Positions 37,507 through 50,004 are shown, numbered from the stretch's first letter. The stretch: 64,000 nucleotides of DNA from Adineta vaga (GCA_021613535.1 CP075493.1:14818001-14882000), one strand, 5' to 3'. The notes: generated by a model from the sequence alone, not told the origin. Numbers and translations: made by a program.

Positions 37507-38956
37507 TCTCTAACTTCTTATTAAACAGATTTTTTCGTTGAAATTGTCAATTACAGTCCTTTACTATTGTAGTTTTGTTCTTCATATAGCGTTTCTTATG
37601 ATATTCTTCCTTGAATATAGGTTTGGAATTTATGACATACTGATAGATCCTTGTATTTTGGTTCTGAAACGGGCAAACGCTGAAAACTATAGATGCATAG
37701 ACACAATGCGTATACATATATTTTTTGAGAACTGTCCAATTGTTCTCCGGAAAGTTCCAACAAGTTCCTCTGAACGACATATATGTTACTAACATGGGCT
37801 TGTTGCATTTTAAATAACTCCAGTATTCTAGAAAGTTCTTCCTTGACCTGTCCATGATATTCAATGATGTTAAAGAAATTTACATTAGTGAGTTTTTGAA
37901 AGATATTAACATCTTGCAAATTATTCTGTGTGACGATTTTTGATGGAGGAGATGAATGCGCTGATGGGACTACGCGTTTATTTATTTCTTCCTCACATAA
38001 ATCGCATCGATATGATACAAAACACACGCTTATATACTCATCCGCCAATAGAAGGAAAGGAAAGGTAATATCAAAGTACAGCAAAATGTACCGAAGTGAG
38101 AACAAACAGCATGCGTACAGCGCATGTAAGCGAGAACGTCACATTCTATTCAATGTTTCTTTCACCTATCAAGGATAGGTACTGATGTAGATCTAACTTC
38201 AAAGCAGGAAAATTATACAGTTTCAAAGAGGAACAGTGATATTCGACATGTCAAAAGCGCGAGATTTATTCAGATTTTCGGATTCTGAATTTTTCTTAGC
38301 AATTCTCGAAAAAATACCAGTAATACAATAGTATATATTCTCATATCAAGCGCTAGTTACTCATCAAGAAAGTAACCGAGAGCATTACACTGGGACGGAA
38401 AGAAAGTTTTAATCAACATAAATTTTTGGTAATTAGAATAGATGAAAAATAGAGTTTATTATAATAACAATGAAGAAACGATACTTCACGATGCTAAATA
38501 TTTATAATATCTTTTGTTCTTTGTTGTAAATAAGATATTTCAGCTTTTTATTATGATATAACAAATGTCTGTTGCCTTGTGACATTTTTGAACATACGAG
38601 TATGTTTATACGTGATAAGGTAAAAAAACATTTCATAATCACTAATGACGATCACATTAATCAAAAGACCTTATCAAAAGAGAAGAAAAGAGAGAAACTC
38701 GTTACATAAACGCGCCTGATATAGAGAATCAACAACTGTGCAAATTACAAAATATTTCGTCTTTCACTCGTTGTTGACTGCCTTTTTATCCTCTATTGAT
38801 TACATATTTATTCGGAAGGAAATGACGTTTTAATTCAAATAGAACGTCATCGATAGTTCGTTTCTTTTTGTGTTTGGAGTATTGAAGCGAAACGTACGTG
38901 AAATAACAAGACATCAGTGAGTGTGATATTTCATTTTCATTTTGACGATATCAAAA

Positions 38957-39391
38957 ATGGCTTTAGTCTACCAACTTGCTGTCTTCATCATTGCTCTTCA
39001 AAGTGTTTATACACTTAAATGTTATGTATTAGCTGCTGATAACAGTGGTGCAATGGTGATGACTCCCGCGGATAGTGCCAATATGACGGTTTTGTGCAAT
39101 AGTACTGTACCATGTGCATGTGCCAGTTATAAAATGAAATGTGGGAATAATGGCACTGCATGTACGATCATTGAAAATCAACAAGGTATTACTAAATGGG
39201 TTTACATGCTCACCACAAAGGATATGTGTACGCAAATGGCGGCTGTAGGATCTGTTTATATGAGTTCAACATGTTGTTACACAGACTTATGTAATAATCA
39301 AACAAGTAGTGCTACTTCATCGAAAATATTCTATTCACTTTCAACATTGATCATTCTTCTCGTTATCATGATCATGGTTAAAAATATATGA
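38957..39391 (+). CDS. Ly6/three-finger-like GPI-anchored protein, intact copy 3
   Basis: Signal MALVYQLAVFIIALQSVYT, LKCY start, 10 Cys ending CCYTDLCN, Ser-rich omega region and hydrophobic tail. Confidence 0.85.
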   Translation: MALVYQLAVFIIALQSVYTLKCYVLAADNSGAMVMTPADSANMTVLCNSTVPCACASYKMKCGNNGTACTIIENQQGITKWVYMLTTKDMCTQMAAVGSVYMSSTCCYTDLCNNQTSSATSSKIFYSLSTLIILLVIMIMVKNI

Positions 39392-39672
39392 AATCTACAG
39401 ACTTAATCAAAATGATAGAAATTTTAATCTAGATGCTTTTATTTCTTCTTTATTATCTTTCAAAAATTCATTAAATAAATATCTGAACAGAATTTTTTTG
39501 AATAACATAACGAAACCTTCTGATTATGTGAAAAATATGGCATGAAGAGAACAGGCATGTAACAAACGCTGGTTCTGAAAAAAAGAGTAATAAATTTATA
39601 ATAATAACGATGAACAATCGAATCAGTTTTTTGTAAATTGAAAAATATGACGTTTTTAATGTAATGGATAGT

Positions 39673-40788
39673 TTATTCATTGTTAGTAGATTTTGAATAA
39701 GTTGAACTTTTAAAATGTTGCTTGATGATTTCTAATTTTCCCATTCCATAATTAACTTTACTAAATGAATCTGTTATTTTTATCTTTAAATTTTGACATG
39801 TATTTTGATATTCTTCTAATTTAGTGATTTCTTCTTGTGTCCAATAGAATCCAATCGAATAACCAACAATATTGACCATTCGTAAGCCTGTATTTCCTGC
39901 AAATAATAATTTCGCTGTTTTAGATAAAATAGATGTTGGTATACATATATATTCATACACAGTCACACCAAGATCTATTAGTGATGAAGCAATGTCATAA
40001 AAATAATTGTTTTTATTTGATATTAATGATTTCATGTGTTGTTGAATATCATTGAGAATCCAGTTCAATTCTTTTTCTGCATTTTCACATTCGAGTTTTG
40101 CTATTTTCAAATGAAGAGCAATATTCTCTAATTGATTTTCTTTTATATAAATAAAGAATGTCTTTTCTATTTCTTGAATTTCATCATCAACAATTTGATA
40201 ATGTTTTTCTGCTTGATCAAGATATTCTGTCGTTTTATTGATTAATTTTTGTAATTGAATTGATTCACGAAATTGTTTCGATTGTTTTATTAAATTAACT
40301 GTATTATTAACAGTAACAATCATATATATTGTTCGAGCAACTGTTTTTGTAATCTCACCTATCACCATACGTTCTACTCGATTAAACATAGTTTCATGTA
40401 ATTTGGATTCAACAGAATTTAATTCGATTTTTATATCGTTGGAATTTTTTTTATCGAAAATATTTTCCATTAAATTCTCTTTGTTAAGTGTTGGATCATT
40501 TTTTAAATAATTACCTAATTTAACCCATGTTTGTTGAAAATCATTTAATAGATTTTTCGGCAGACTTGGTTTTTCATTCATTTTTCCGGCATATTCTATG
40601 GTATTTTTGATTTTTGTCATTTGATTCACCATGTTTTCGTAGGTTTCATAACAATTCTTTTGTATACTTACATATTCGTACACATGATATACATTGTATG
40701 CAGTATTTACAAGTGGTTCGCGTTTCAAACCGATTGATACAGATGGGGAAAGCAAAAATAAGAGGTATAATATAGAATATGATTTCAT
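39673..40788 (-). CDS. Secreted helical/coiled-coil protein of unknown function with an internal hydrophobic hairpin
   Basis: Intronless 371-aa ORF with a signal peptide and long E/K/Q-rich amphipathic helices. Two hydrophobic segments (IASSLIDLGVTVYEYICI; LLFAGNTGLRMVNIVGYSIGFYW) lie between coiled-coil stretches. Confidence 0.8.
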   Translation of the reverse strand: MKSYSILYLLFLLSPSVSIGLKREPLVNTAYNVYHVYEYVSIQKNCYETYENMVNQMTKIKNTIEYAGKMNEKPSLPKNLLNDFQQTWVKLGNYLKNDPTLNKENLMENIFDKKNSNDIKIELNSVESKLHETMFNRVERMVIGEITKTVARTIYMIVTVNNTVNLIKQSKQFRESIQLQKLINKTTEYLDQAEKHYQIVDDEIQEIEKTFFIYIKENQLENIALHLKIAKLECENAEKELNWILNDIQQHMKSLISNKNNYFYDIASSLIDLGVTVYEYICIPTSILSKTAKLLFAGNTGLRMVNIVGYSIGFYWTQEEITKLEEYQNTCQNLKIKITDSFSKVNYGMGKLEIIKQHFKSSTYSKSTNNE

Positions 40789-41788
40789 TATCGATATTTT
40801 GAAAATATTCTCCGTTCAAAATTAAATAAAGTCTTCTTTTATCAGTGTATAGTTGGTTTTCTACCAATAACATTGGTTGGGAATTCCCCCTGTATATTCG
40901 ATTAGTTAATCTGATATTTGATAAATGACATCACTTTCAATGATAAAATACCGATAAGTCATTCATTCTTTTATTTATCAATCTTGTTTTTTTTGTTCTG
41001 TTCTCGTCACCTATTACAATAAATATAAAGGATTAGTCTCTCATGATTCAGTTTTAATAGAAGAGAAAAAAAACTAAACTATCAACACGACATTCTTTTA
41101 TTGGTATAAAAAATACATTTTCAATACGTTTCTATCGTTTTAAATTAAGAATATGAAAGTTTTCTCAGTTCAACGATACACGGTTATCAAGATCATCATC
41201 ATCATCATTATTCGATAATAGCAATTCGTCGTTAGAGAAAACTAATTTAATATGGATTTGATTGAAATACATTTCTTTTTTTTTATAAAACGAAGATGTG
41301 TTGTATTCTAATCATTGAAATGCTAGGCTGCAGATATATATCATTAATTGACAATATGTTTACAAGTTTTTGTTGATCATATTACGCACATCAAAATCTA
41401 TTTCAACGATTTCTTGTAAAATCAAAACACGTATATTATATATTTGAATATCTTTTCAATTTATCACAGAATTAAATTCACATTGTTATTGTTCTTCTAG
41501 CTCTTTTTCATTCGTCTCTAGACTGTTGATCTATGTCATGTCTACAAAGCTAATTAAAAGTCAATACCGACATATTATACGATTCTAAAAAAAGTTTCAT
41601 AATGATGGCTGTCACGTTTATCGGAAGAGGAGAAATGCAAACTTTTGTCTCTAAACTCTCTATCACTTCTTTTAGTTCGTGTTTAACGAATGAGAAAATC
41701 CTTTTCTTTTTCTTTCTGATAATGATTATATATATTTCTATCATTAATGTCATTTTATTCTGAAACAAAGTTCCTAGTTTGAAAAAAG

Positions 41789-42787
41789 ATGAGTTCACTC
41801 AATAATACAACTGGAAATAATCTTAGTAATTCATACGAATTGCGTATATCAGTTTCAACTCGATTTTGGCTTTATTTAATTCCAAATATTTCTTCAGTTT
41901 TCTGTTCATTATTTGCTCTCTATCATTTTTTATTTGATCGAACACTTCGTCAAGCATTAAATAATCATATTATTATTGTTCTTCTTTTTATTGGTGTAAT
42001 TTATGAACTAATCAGTGTTCCATTCATGCTTTATTTCTATCAAAAAGGTTCGTCATGGACATTTACAATTGAATTTGCTCATTTTTGGACATTTGTCGAT
42101 TATTTTTGTTATTCAACACAAATTGTTGGTTTTGCTTATGCATCCATTGAACGACATATTCTTATATTTCATAGTAATTGGCTTTCAACAAAGAACAAAC
42201 GATTCTTTGTTCATTATTTACCTTTAACTTCAGTTTTGATCTATAAACTTCTTTATTATATCTATATGATTCTATTTCCATTCTGTGAAGAAACTATTCG
42301 ACAATCTCCATTTAATGGTGTTCCAATGTCTTGTGTTTTGAGTAATCCAATCTTCTACAAATATAACACAATTGCTCATCAATTTCTTCCCGTTGGTCTT
42401 ATCATTGTTTTGAATATTGCATTGTTACTACGTGTTATTTGGCAAAAATCACGAATGAATCGATCAGTTGAATGGAGAAAACAACGGAAAATGACAGTTC
42501 AATTGTTATCAGCATCGATTCTTTATTTTATTTTCATGGGTCCACGAACATTATTACAATTCTGTCGATTTCTTGGTTATGAAACAAATGATATTTTGAT
42601 TTTATTTTATCATAGTGCATTTTTTGCAAATTATGTTCTATTTCTTTTTCCATTTGTTTGTTGTGGATCGATTCCTGGAGTTGGAAAGAAAATCAAGAAA
42701 TTAATTGTTTGTCGAAGACGACGACGACGACGAGTTATTGTTCCTGTACAAAAACGAACAGGTCTAATTCGAACAACTACTACATAA
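41789..42787 (+). CDS. Rhodopsin-like GPCR (ERH variant of DRY), intronless
   Basis: Seven hydrophobic segments, N-glycosylation sites at the N-terminus, ASIERHILIF, WRKQRKMTVQLL in ICL3, and a basic C-tail. Confidence 0.9.
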   Translation: MSSLNNTTGNNLSNSYELRISVSTRFWLYLIPNISSVFCSLFALYHFLFDRTLRQALNNHIIIVLLFIGVIYELISVPFMLYFYQKGSSWTFTIEFAHFWTFVDYFCYSTQIVGFAYASIERHILIFHSNWLSTKNKRFFVHYLPLTSVLIYKLLYYIYMILFPFCEETIRQSPFNGVPMSCVLSNPIFYKYNTIAHQFLPVGLIIVLNIALLLRVIWQKSRMNRSVEWRKQRKMTVQLLSASILYFIFMGPRTLLQFCRFLGYETNDILILFYHSAFFANYVLFLFPFVCCGSIPGVGKKIKKLIVCRRRRRRRVIVPVQKRTGLIRTTTT

Positions 42788-43732
42788 TGAGATGATTGTT
42801 TTATTATTTCTTTGTTGTGCGCAATAAGACATATCTTCACACTCTTTTGTCATATTCCAGCTTTCGTATGAATTAAATTATTTATTTTTTTGATTAAATT
42901 TTACTAAAATCTACACTTCATACTGATCTGATTTCGAGACGAAGTACTCGGATGTATTTCTGTTCATTAGTAAAGTATTATCATTATGAATTCGATGATT
43001 TTTCCTCATTGAAATTACTCCCTAATGATGAAAAGAGAGGCAAATAACTGATCGTGAGGATAATGATTATTTTTGATGAATATATAAAATGACTTGGAAT
43101 AATAAAGATAATTATCTCTGAAAGAAATGTTTGTTTGATTTTTATAAATGATGTTGTTTTTTCATCATTCTATACTTGTGTGATTAATTATATTTAACAA
43201 TTGACTGTTGGTGATTGTCAAATGAACACGCATACTTTCGAGTATCTTCTTTCATTTATAACTTCACTTGTTCATTTTAAACTAATTTCATTGAGATCAA
43301 AACTTAATTCGATGTTTATTGGTTCTAATTCGACTTCGAATATAAATGAAGATCTTGAAAAAGTGCTCCTAGTCATTATTTTTTATAGATAAAGATTTAG
43401 ACTGTGTAACTGATAAATATCATTTGTAAGAAGAGTCATTTATGTGCATAATTTTGAATTCTAATGGATGACAACCAAAATAAAATTATTCCTATCTATT
43501 CCTTGTCTTGCTGGAAAACGTTTTATGTGAGCTATAATCGCATATAGATAAAAGAAAATCCATTCTTATTCTATGGAAAAGCTATAGCTCAAATTTCATG
43601 ATTTATTTTCGAAGTGATATCAAGTAGCTGAATGTGCATTTATATCTGAATTGGAATTAGACAGCTCATGGTTCTCTCACCATATACTCAAGAAATCATG
43701 TTCAATAGAAACATCGACGTTGCTTTCTTCGT

Positions 43733-45775
43733 TTATAATTTGGTTTTGATATGTTCAAGATTGTTTCTATAATCTCTCAAATGAGGATGATTCGATGGTA
43801 AGGATTGTTCTGCAATGGCGACAGCGTATTGATAAAATTCATGTGCTTTAGAATAGTCACCTATTTTCTTACATATTAAACCGATGTTGCTGTAAGATGC
43901 AGCTAATTCAGGATGATTTGGAGCAAGTACTTGCTGTTGAATTGCAAGTGATTTTTCGAAATATGGTAGAGCTTTTTCGTATTGACCTATTTGACCATAG
44001 AGAGAACCAAGATTGTTATAGGAACCGGCCAAATCTGGATGATTTGCAGGAAGTGATTCCTGACGAATACAGAGAGCCTTTTCGTAATATAAAAGTGCCT
44101 GCGTATAATCACCCATATTCTTGTATATAACTCCAATATTGCTGTAGGAAATGCCCAAATCAGGAAGATTTCGAGGATATGCATTCTCGGTAATTTCTAA
44201 ATCCTTCAAATAATACCTAAGTGCTGTTGAATAATCACGTATTTTACAATACACTGTACCAATATTGTTATAAGAAGTAGATAAACTGAGATGATTTGAA
44301 GGAAGAATTTTTTGATAAATTTCAATCGCTTTTTCATAGTACACAATAGCGTCTCTATATTCTCCTCGATGATCTTTTATTCCTCCAAGTTGATGATATA
44401 TATCTGCTTTTTCTCGATCATCTCTACTTCGATTAAGAAGAACTAGATATATTTGATCAGCTTTGTCAACATAACCCATTTTACAAAGTATTTCTCCAAG
44501 ACCATACCATTCTGTTAATCCTTTCATATCCTTACGAATACGTTCAGTCAATATACGAAGTTCATTATCATTCTCACTGGTAAGTATTACATCTACTTGA
44601 TATAGACGTTGATTTCCACGCATTAATTTTATATTTTGAATTCTGAAAACACTATGCATTGAGAAGAGAATTTCATCTTCTTCATCTCCATAATAACCAA
44701 CAGCATTAATGGATGCGAAAGGTGTACTGGATTGTAATGGATCAACTTTTATGACGAAAAGAATTCCCGTCGTATTTGGATTTTCCAGTGCATCACGAGC
44801 GAATTGAAGAGAGACGTTTCGTTTTTTACTAGTAGATAAGAAACTATTGAAGGACATTAGATAACCTTTGGCTTTTTTCATTTGTTCAAATTCTATTTCA
44901 CGCAAACCTTGCCCACGATAGACAGTAAAGGTCTTATGAGATCGTTGTCGATTAAATTGCTTCGAATGCAACTTCGTTATTTGACGATGAAGATCGGCAA
45001 TATAAAAACCCATCTTAACAATATTGTCCGTATCCATTGTTCGAAGTGCACGGTTAAGCATATTGTACAGGAAACATTCATAGGTGTACCACCAAATTGG
45101 TGTTTTATCGTGATATTGCTGTTCGAATAAAATGACATTCGACAATTCAATATCGTCTTTTTGAAAATAATCACGACAATAATTAGTGAATTCAATTAGA
45201 TTTTGATCATCAAATTTAATAGTCAATAAGATTTCTTTGAGAATTTGAGTATACATGAAAGAACAATCGATTTGATTTCCAATCTTTTCATTGTTATTAC
45301 TAATTGAATTGGGAGGTTTGATTGAAATAATATGACTTTCGTCTTCTTCTATCATTTGTTTGAGTTTTTCACAAAGAAAATCAATGTCTGTAACAACATC
45401 TTTTATCTTACACCATTCTTTCGACCAAAGTTCGTGATGTTTTTTATTACTACAAAAGATAAAAATCGAATCGATCTGAAATCTACCATGTACACGTGAC
45501 ACGATAGATTGACCAAATGAACCCGATATGATCATATAGATCTTCTCATTCTTGATTTGTTCAATAAATTTGATGCATTCATCACCATCAGTGAAGATTT
45601 TAATCTTTCCAATAACACTTCGTAATTGAGTGAGAATTTCATTGCACTCGTCGCTGTTTTCATCAATCATAGCATCGAGCCATATTAGTGAGACATTTTG
45701 CCTTCTGTGTAAAGGATTCTTTTTCGAGGTTGAAAATGCTTGCTGTGCTTTGTTCGACGAATATCCACTGCCCAT
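43733..45775 (-). CDS. Receiver-like + ADP-ribosyltransferase + TPR protein with N-myristoylation-like motif
   Basis: MGSGYSS start; LIWLD...IISGSFG..SIFIFC domain; PIWWYT, VYRGQ, SFLSTS, EDEILF; about 6 TPRs. Confidence 0.93.
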   Translation of the reverse strand: MGSGYSSNKAQQAFSTSKKNPLHRRQNVSLIWLDAMIDENSDECNEILTQLRSVIGKIKIFTDGDECIKFIEQIKNEKIYMIISGSFGQSIVSRVHGRFQIDSIFIFCSNKKHHELWSKEWCKIKDVVTDIDFLCEKLKQMIEEDESHIISIKPPNSISNNNEKIGNQIDCSFMYTQILKEILLTIKFDDQNLIEFTNYCRDYFQKDDIELSNVILFEQQYHDKTPIWWYTYECFLYNMLNRALRTMDTDNIVKMGFYIADLHRQITKLHSKQFNRQRSHKTFTVYRGQGLREIEFEQMKKAKGYLMSFNSFLSTSKKRNVSLQFARDALENPNTTGILFVIKVDPLQSSTPFASINAVGYYGDEEDEILFSMHSVFRIQNIKLMRGNQRLYQVDVILTSENDNELRILTERIRKDMKGLTEWYGLGEILCKMGYVDKADQIYLVLLNRSRDDREKADIYHQLGGIKDHRGEYRDAIVYYEKAIEIYQKILPSNHLSLSTSYNNIGTVYCKIRDYSTALRYYLKDLEITENAYPRNLPDLGISYSNIGVIYKNMGDYTQALLYYEKALCIRQESLPANHPDLAGSYNNLGSLYGQIGQYEKALPYFEKSLAIQQQVLAPNHPELAASYSNIGLICKKIGDYSKAHEFYQYAVAIAEQSLPSNHPHLRDYRNNLEHIKTKL

Positions 45776-47478
45776 AATGTGACGAAGGCTATTATACCTA
45801 TAAACAGAAGAATAGTTGAATTTATGAAGGATTTATTTTATTTCGAGATTGTCGATACGATTTCGGAGAAAATGAGTAAATATGTACATGATTTTTTACT
45901 CACACAATCTCATCGTTACAATAATGTGTGAGCGTGTGGAATGAAAAAATTCTTCAAATTCACATTCTTTCTTTCACAGTGTACAATTTTGAATGTAAGG
46001 ATGAGAATATGATTAAGAGTAAAGAAAACAAGAACGTATCGGCACCTTTACTCGATAAAGTAGAAAGATGTGTGCAGATATGCATAAATAATATATGATA
46101 TATTTCTTGTCTTTCCAAAAAACTGATCAAAGGCGAAAAATAAGTATTTCATAAGAGCTGAATCATGACATACAGATGTTTACTAGATAAATAATGTTTT
46201 TTTTTCTCAAGAAAATTCGTTTAGGTAGTGGAAAAACAACACGAAGGTAATATATAGATAATCTATCAGATATGATCATTATTTTCAAATGTGAATTAGA
46301 TTGTTTTGTACATGTTTTGAATATCTTCCAAATGAGATTTTTTTTATGAAATATGGAAATATCTAGTTAATAATTGGATAATTCCATTGGATTTGTATCT
46401 TTCATTCATTCATGAGGGAAGATGTTCTATAGACTATATCAAGTGATTTCTCTTCAACTATCAGATTCTACTATCATCAATCGATCACGGTTAAAGGATA
46501 TTTCCAGTTGTTTTTTGAAGAAGAAAATGGAAGGATGAGAAGCCTTAGGATAATAAATTGTTGAATGACGAGCCGATGGATTATATGAAGTTCAAAAATT
46601 TAAATAGATATAGACTCGATTGAAAATCTTTTGAGCATTTTCTTCAATATACTTCTAATATTCTCATAGATATTCATTACATGACAACATTGTGCATTAA
46701 ATCGAGAGATTATTCTTATTTAAATGCTATAATCGATGCAAGTAAATTCTTCATCTCATGCTAGAATTCATTAACTCCGTGTCAATTCACTAACATAACA
46801 TGAAAATTATATCCATAAGCAATTCTTTTGTGTTTTATTTTCATCAACGGATCCAGATCAAACCAAACAGCATGAACACAACCATCACCAATATATTCAT
46901 GTAGCATACAATCATTTTTAATTAATTTTTGCGAAAAACTTTGAAGGCGTTTTGATTGATAAAACCATTGTAATCGAATTATTATAAATACAACGTCTTC
47001 ATGAAACACTTCTATTTCAAATAAACCTTCGTTTATATCTCATATTCTGATCTATAAAATATATAAATCATCATCCATTCTCATCAAATTTTCATAATGA
47101 TTCCCTTTAATTGCAGGACGATAAAAGACATCATAGGGCCAAGATCTTTTCCTTTGAGAGATTTTCTTAGATAATGAAATTTGTAAGGTTTTATTGGGAT
47201 ATGAAACGCAAAATAAAATATATTGTTGCATTGATGAAGTAAAATGTTAATCACGAAAAATAAGAAATGGATAAAGATTGAGTCGTTATTTATTGGATGA
47301 TTATTTTGATGAATATAAAATAATATTGAATAAAGATAATTATCAATGAATGAATTGTCAATTTTAAATAATTAATTTCATCGATTAGTTTTGTCCCCAG
47401 TTAAATCATAAGTTTATTATGATATTTCGATAGACGAATCTATTATAGTCAAAGAAAGAAGCATTCTTTTGACAAAAA

Positions 47479-48537
47479 TCAAGTAAAAAAACGACGAATT
47501 AAACGTTTAAATGCGAGACGATAAACTGAACCAGTGAGTGTATATAAATAAAATGATGTTGAATGAGTAACACAAACAAGCAGTACAATTAACGAATAGA
47601 TTAAATTTTCAATAGCAATACGAAATGAAGTTTTCGGAACATCTGATGTTAAACTAGCATAAGCTCGATAAGCTCCAAATGGTAAATCCAATAAAAGTAC
47701 GAATAATACCTTGAAACAAAAAGAAAACGAGAAAATTTCTGAAATAGCAAATCGAAAAGAAACTTTTACTTGAATTAAAAGCATCCGAGTAAGATTCCGA
47801 TCATTATATCGTAATAATGTTCGACTATTTCGTGTAGTTAAAATGTTTCTTATTGGATGAATAATTCTCAATCGAATATTTCGAATTGTCAATGAACCAA
47901 ATATGGCTAAACAAATACTTGGTAAAATAATATCAAACAATAAAGCTGCCCAATCATTAAATACTCGACAAGGAATATTTCTTCCATAACAAAGAACAGG
48001 TACATTTGGAATACTTCCTTCAAAACAATAAATCACTTCCACAAATAAAAGTACAAAGAAAATCAGTAATCCAAGAAGAAAAAGTTTTGCTACTCGATTT
48101 GTACTTAATTGACGATAGGTTACAGAAGGATGACTGCATAAATATCGATCAATATTCGCTCCGACAAGACACCAAGTACCCATTGCCCATGTTACGTTAA
48201 GAACTAATTGACGAGTTTTACATGCAATTGGATTTTCATTTGGCCAATTGACATTATAACTAAAAAAATAAACAACGAAATTGTTTTTTTTCACTTGGAT
48301 GATTTACCCTTGTAAAACTCGCGTTAAAAATCCTGACCAAATGAAGATTAAACTTGTTATTGATGACCAAGAAAGATAGAATGAACAAGGTTTTTCTTGA
48401 AATGTATGTTCAGTTAAGACACAAATATTTAAAAGATTACCAACTGTACCAAAAAGAAGTAATAATGTAGCTCCATGACGATTGATTTGCATCGTAGCAT
48501 AATTCAGTGAAAAAATCAAATCTGTACTCGATGACAT
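47479..48537 (-). CDS. Rhodopsin-like GPCR, 3 exons
   Basis: GTVGNLLN in TM1, CKTRQ, NIDRYL, LTRMLLIQV, FYLYTLTGSVYR. Short introns near 48260-48307 and 47710-47769. Confidence 0.88.
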
Positions 48538-48846
48538 TGTGATATTTACTCAAAAAAAAACAAACAATCGTTGAATACAACGCTTTCTTCTTCTATTCAT
48601 CCAAAAGAATTAATAAAAGTAGTTTTTTCAGTACTTTTTTCTTGCATGTCTATTTATTTCTATATGATGATAAAAAAAAGAAACAGATTAGAACAATTAT
48701 GAAATCCGCATGATATGGTTTAATTAAATTTTATCATCTTTATATTTATCCCTTTCAAGGAATGAGAGAATAAAAAAAAGAATCTGGTACGCAATATACT
48801 TAATTAAGTACATTGAAAAGAAATTTTTTTAGTTATATAAAACACA

Positions 48847-49400
48847 CTAGCGGAGATACCCGCTGCAAAGAGGGCATAATTTACGTTTTCCCTCTACAAC
48901 AGTGCTTTTCGCGTCATGCACCAGGTATTTTCTCAGAAATTTTCACATCTCTTCATTAGTTCTTTTCTACTGATCTTGTCTCGCTATCCATACGACATAA
49001 TGCTCTGTTCCTTTTAAATCCACTCCTACTGTCTCGCTGCAACTCCAGTCCCATTCTACACCCACTGTCCCGCTGCAAGTCATTCTCTACTTTATAAACT
49101 TCACTTCTACTCTATACAGGTAGAGTAGTCATTTCACTCCAGATTCAGTTTTTTTGAGAACCCAACCCACACTTTGTAGTTGTCTATCCTACATGCAGAC
49201 ACCCACACCCACCCTGATTCCTATATGCCATCTTGAGAGCGAAATTTCATACACGCCGCCTCCCCATCCCTTGATGGCCATTCTAACCCCATGTCGACCT
49301 TCCTCTGGATCGAGGGAACCATTGTGGAAAGTTTGGTGACGTTAGCTATCACAGGGACTGAATGCATAACGAACAAACTTTCTTCTTTATATATATAAGA
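48847..49400 (-). mobile_element. Non-autonomous Helitron (554 bp)
   Basis: The minus strand begins TCTTATATATATAAAG and ends CTAG followed by T. An imperfect hairpin CCCGCT-gcaa-AGAGGG (48859-48874) lies 8 nt from CTAG. No TIR or TSD; GC-richer than the flanks; short (TCTATTAT)n duplication at the 5' junction. The 5' flanking base is T rather than the canonical A. Confidence 0.8.
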
Positions 49401-50004
49401 ATAATAGAATAATAGAATAATTCATTCAAAAAATAGAATTTATAGTGATACAGATGAAGAATTCAGTAGAGAACTCATGTGCTGAAGATCAATTCTTCAG
49501 CAGCGAGTCATAAAGATCTAGGAATATTTTCATCGATATCTATGCAATGGTATAACTATAACTGGCAGAATCATCGTAATGTTTCTTTTTCTAACATAGT
49601 GCATATGGATTTCGTTGCGAGTGTGTGAAAAAAAAACATTCTGTCATTATGACTTCTTTCTTTGGATTTGTTTCAGCCGATTCTTCGAAGAAACATTAAT
49701 GCATATGTCAATATCGAATCAAGTTGAGACTTATAGCTTATCAACAAAGTTTCTTAATGGTTGTAAGAGAAATTATGACGATAATCTTTTATGGATTTTT
49801 CCAATTTTGTTTTTTACGTGTGCGTGTTCTTTTGCAATAATAAATTGACGTGTTTCTTCGATATACGAATACAAAGAAGAATAGTTAAAATGAGAATTGT
49901 TTGGGTAATTTTTTGCCGAAAGATTTCGATAGTTTCTGTTTTTGCTTTCAATTCGCGTTTGTACTTTGAGTTTGTGTTTAGATTTTATTGGCAACTCGTG
50001 TTCA

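Noticed and set aside
37538-38400. Overlapping ORFs (up to 169 aa) next to the MITE, possibly a TE remnant
   Set aside because: No transposase, RT or gag motif recognisable, and no termini identified.
42713-42732. Microsatellites: (CGA)n here, (CT)n at 2582-2598, (GGT)n at ~56328, (GAT)n at ~62272
   Set aside because: Short simple repeats explained by poly-Arg or poly-Gly coding, a polypyrimidine tract, or slippage.
46400-47100. Minus-strand coding-like relic including the 75-aa ORF 46782-47009
   Set aside because: Multiple stops and no identifiable family, so not called as a feature.
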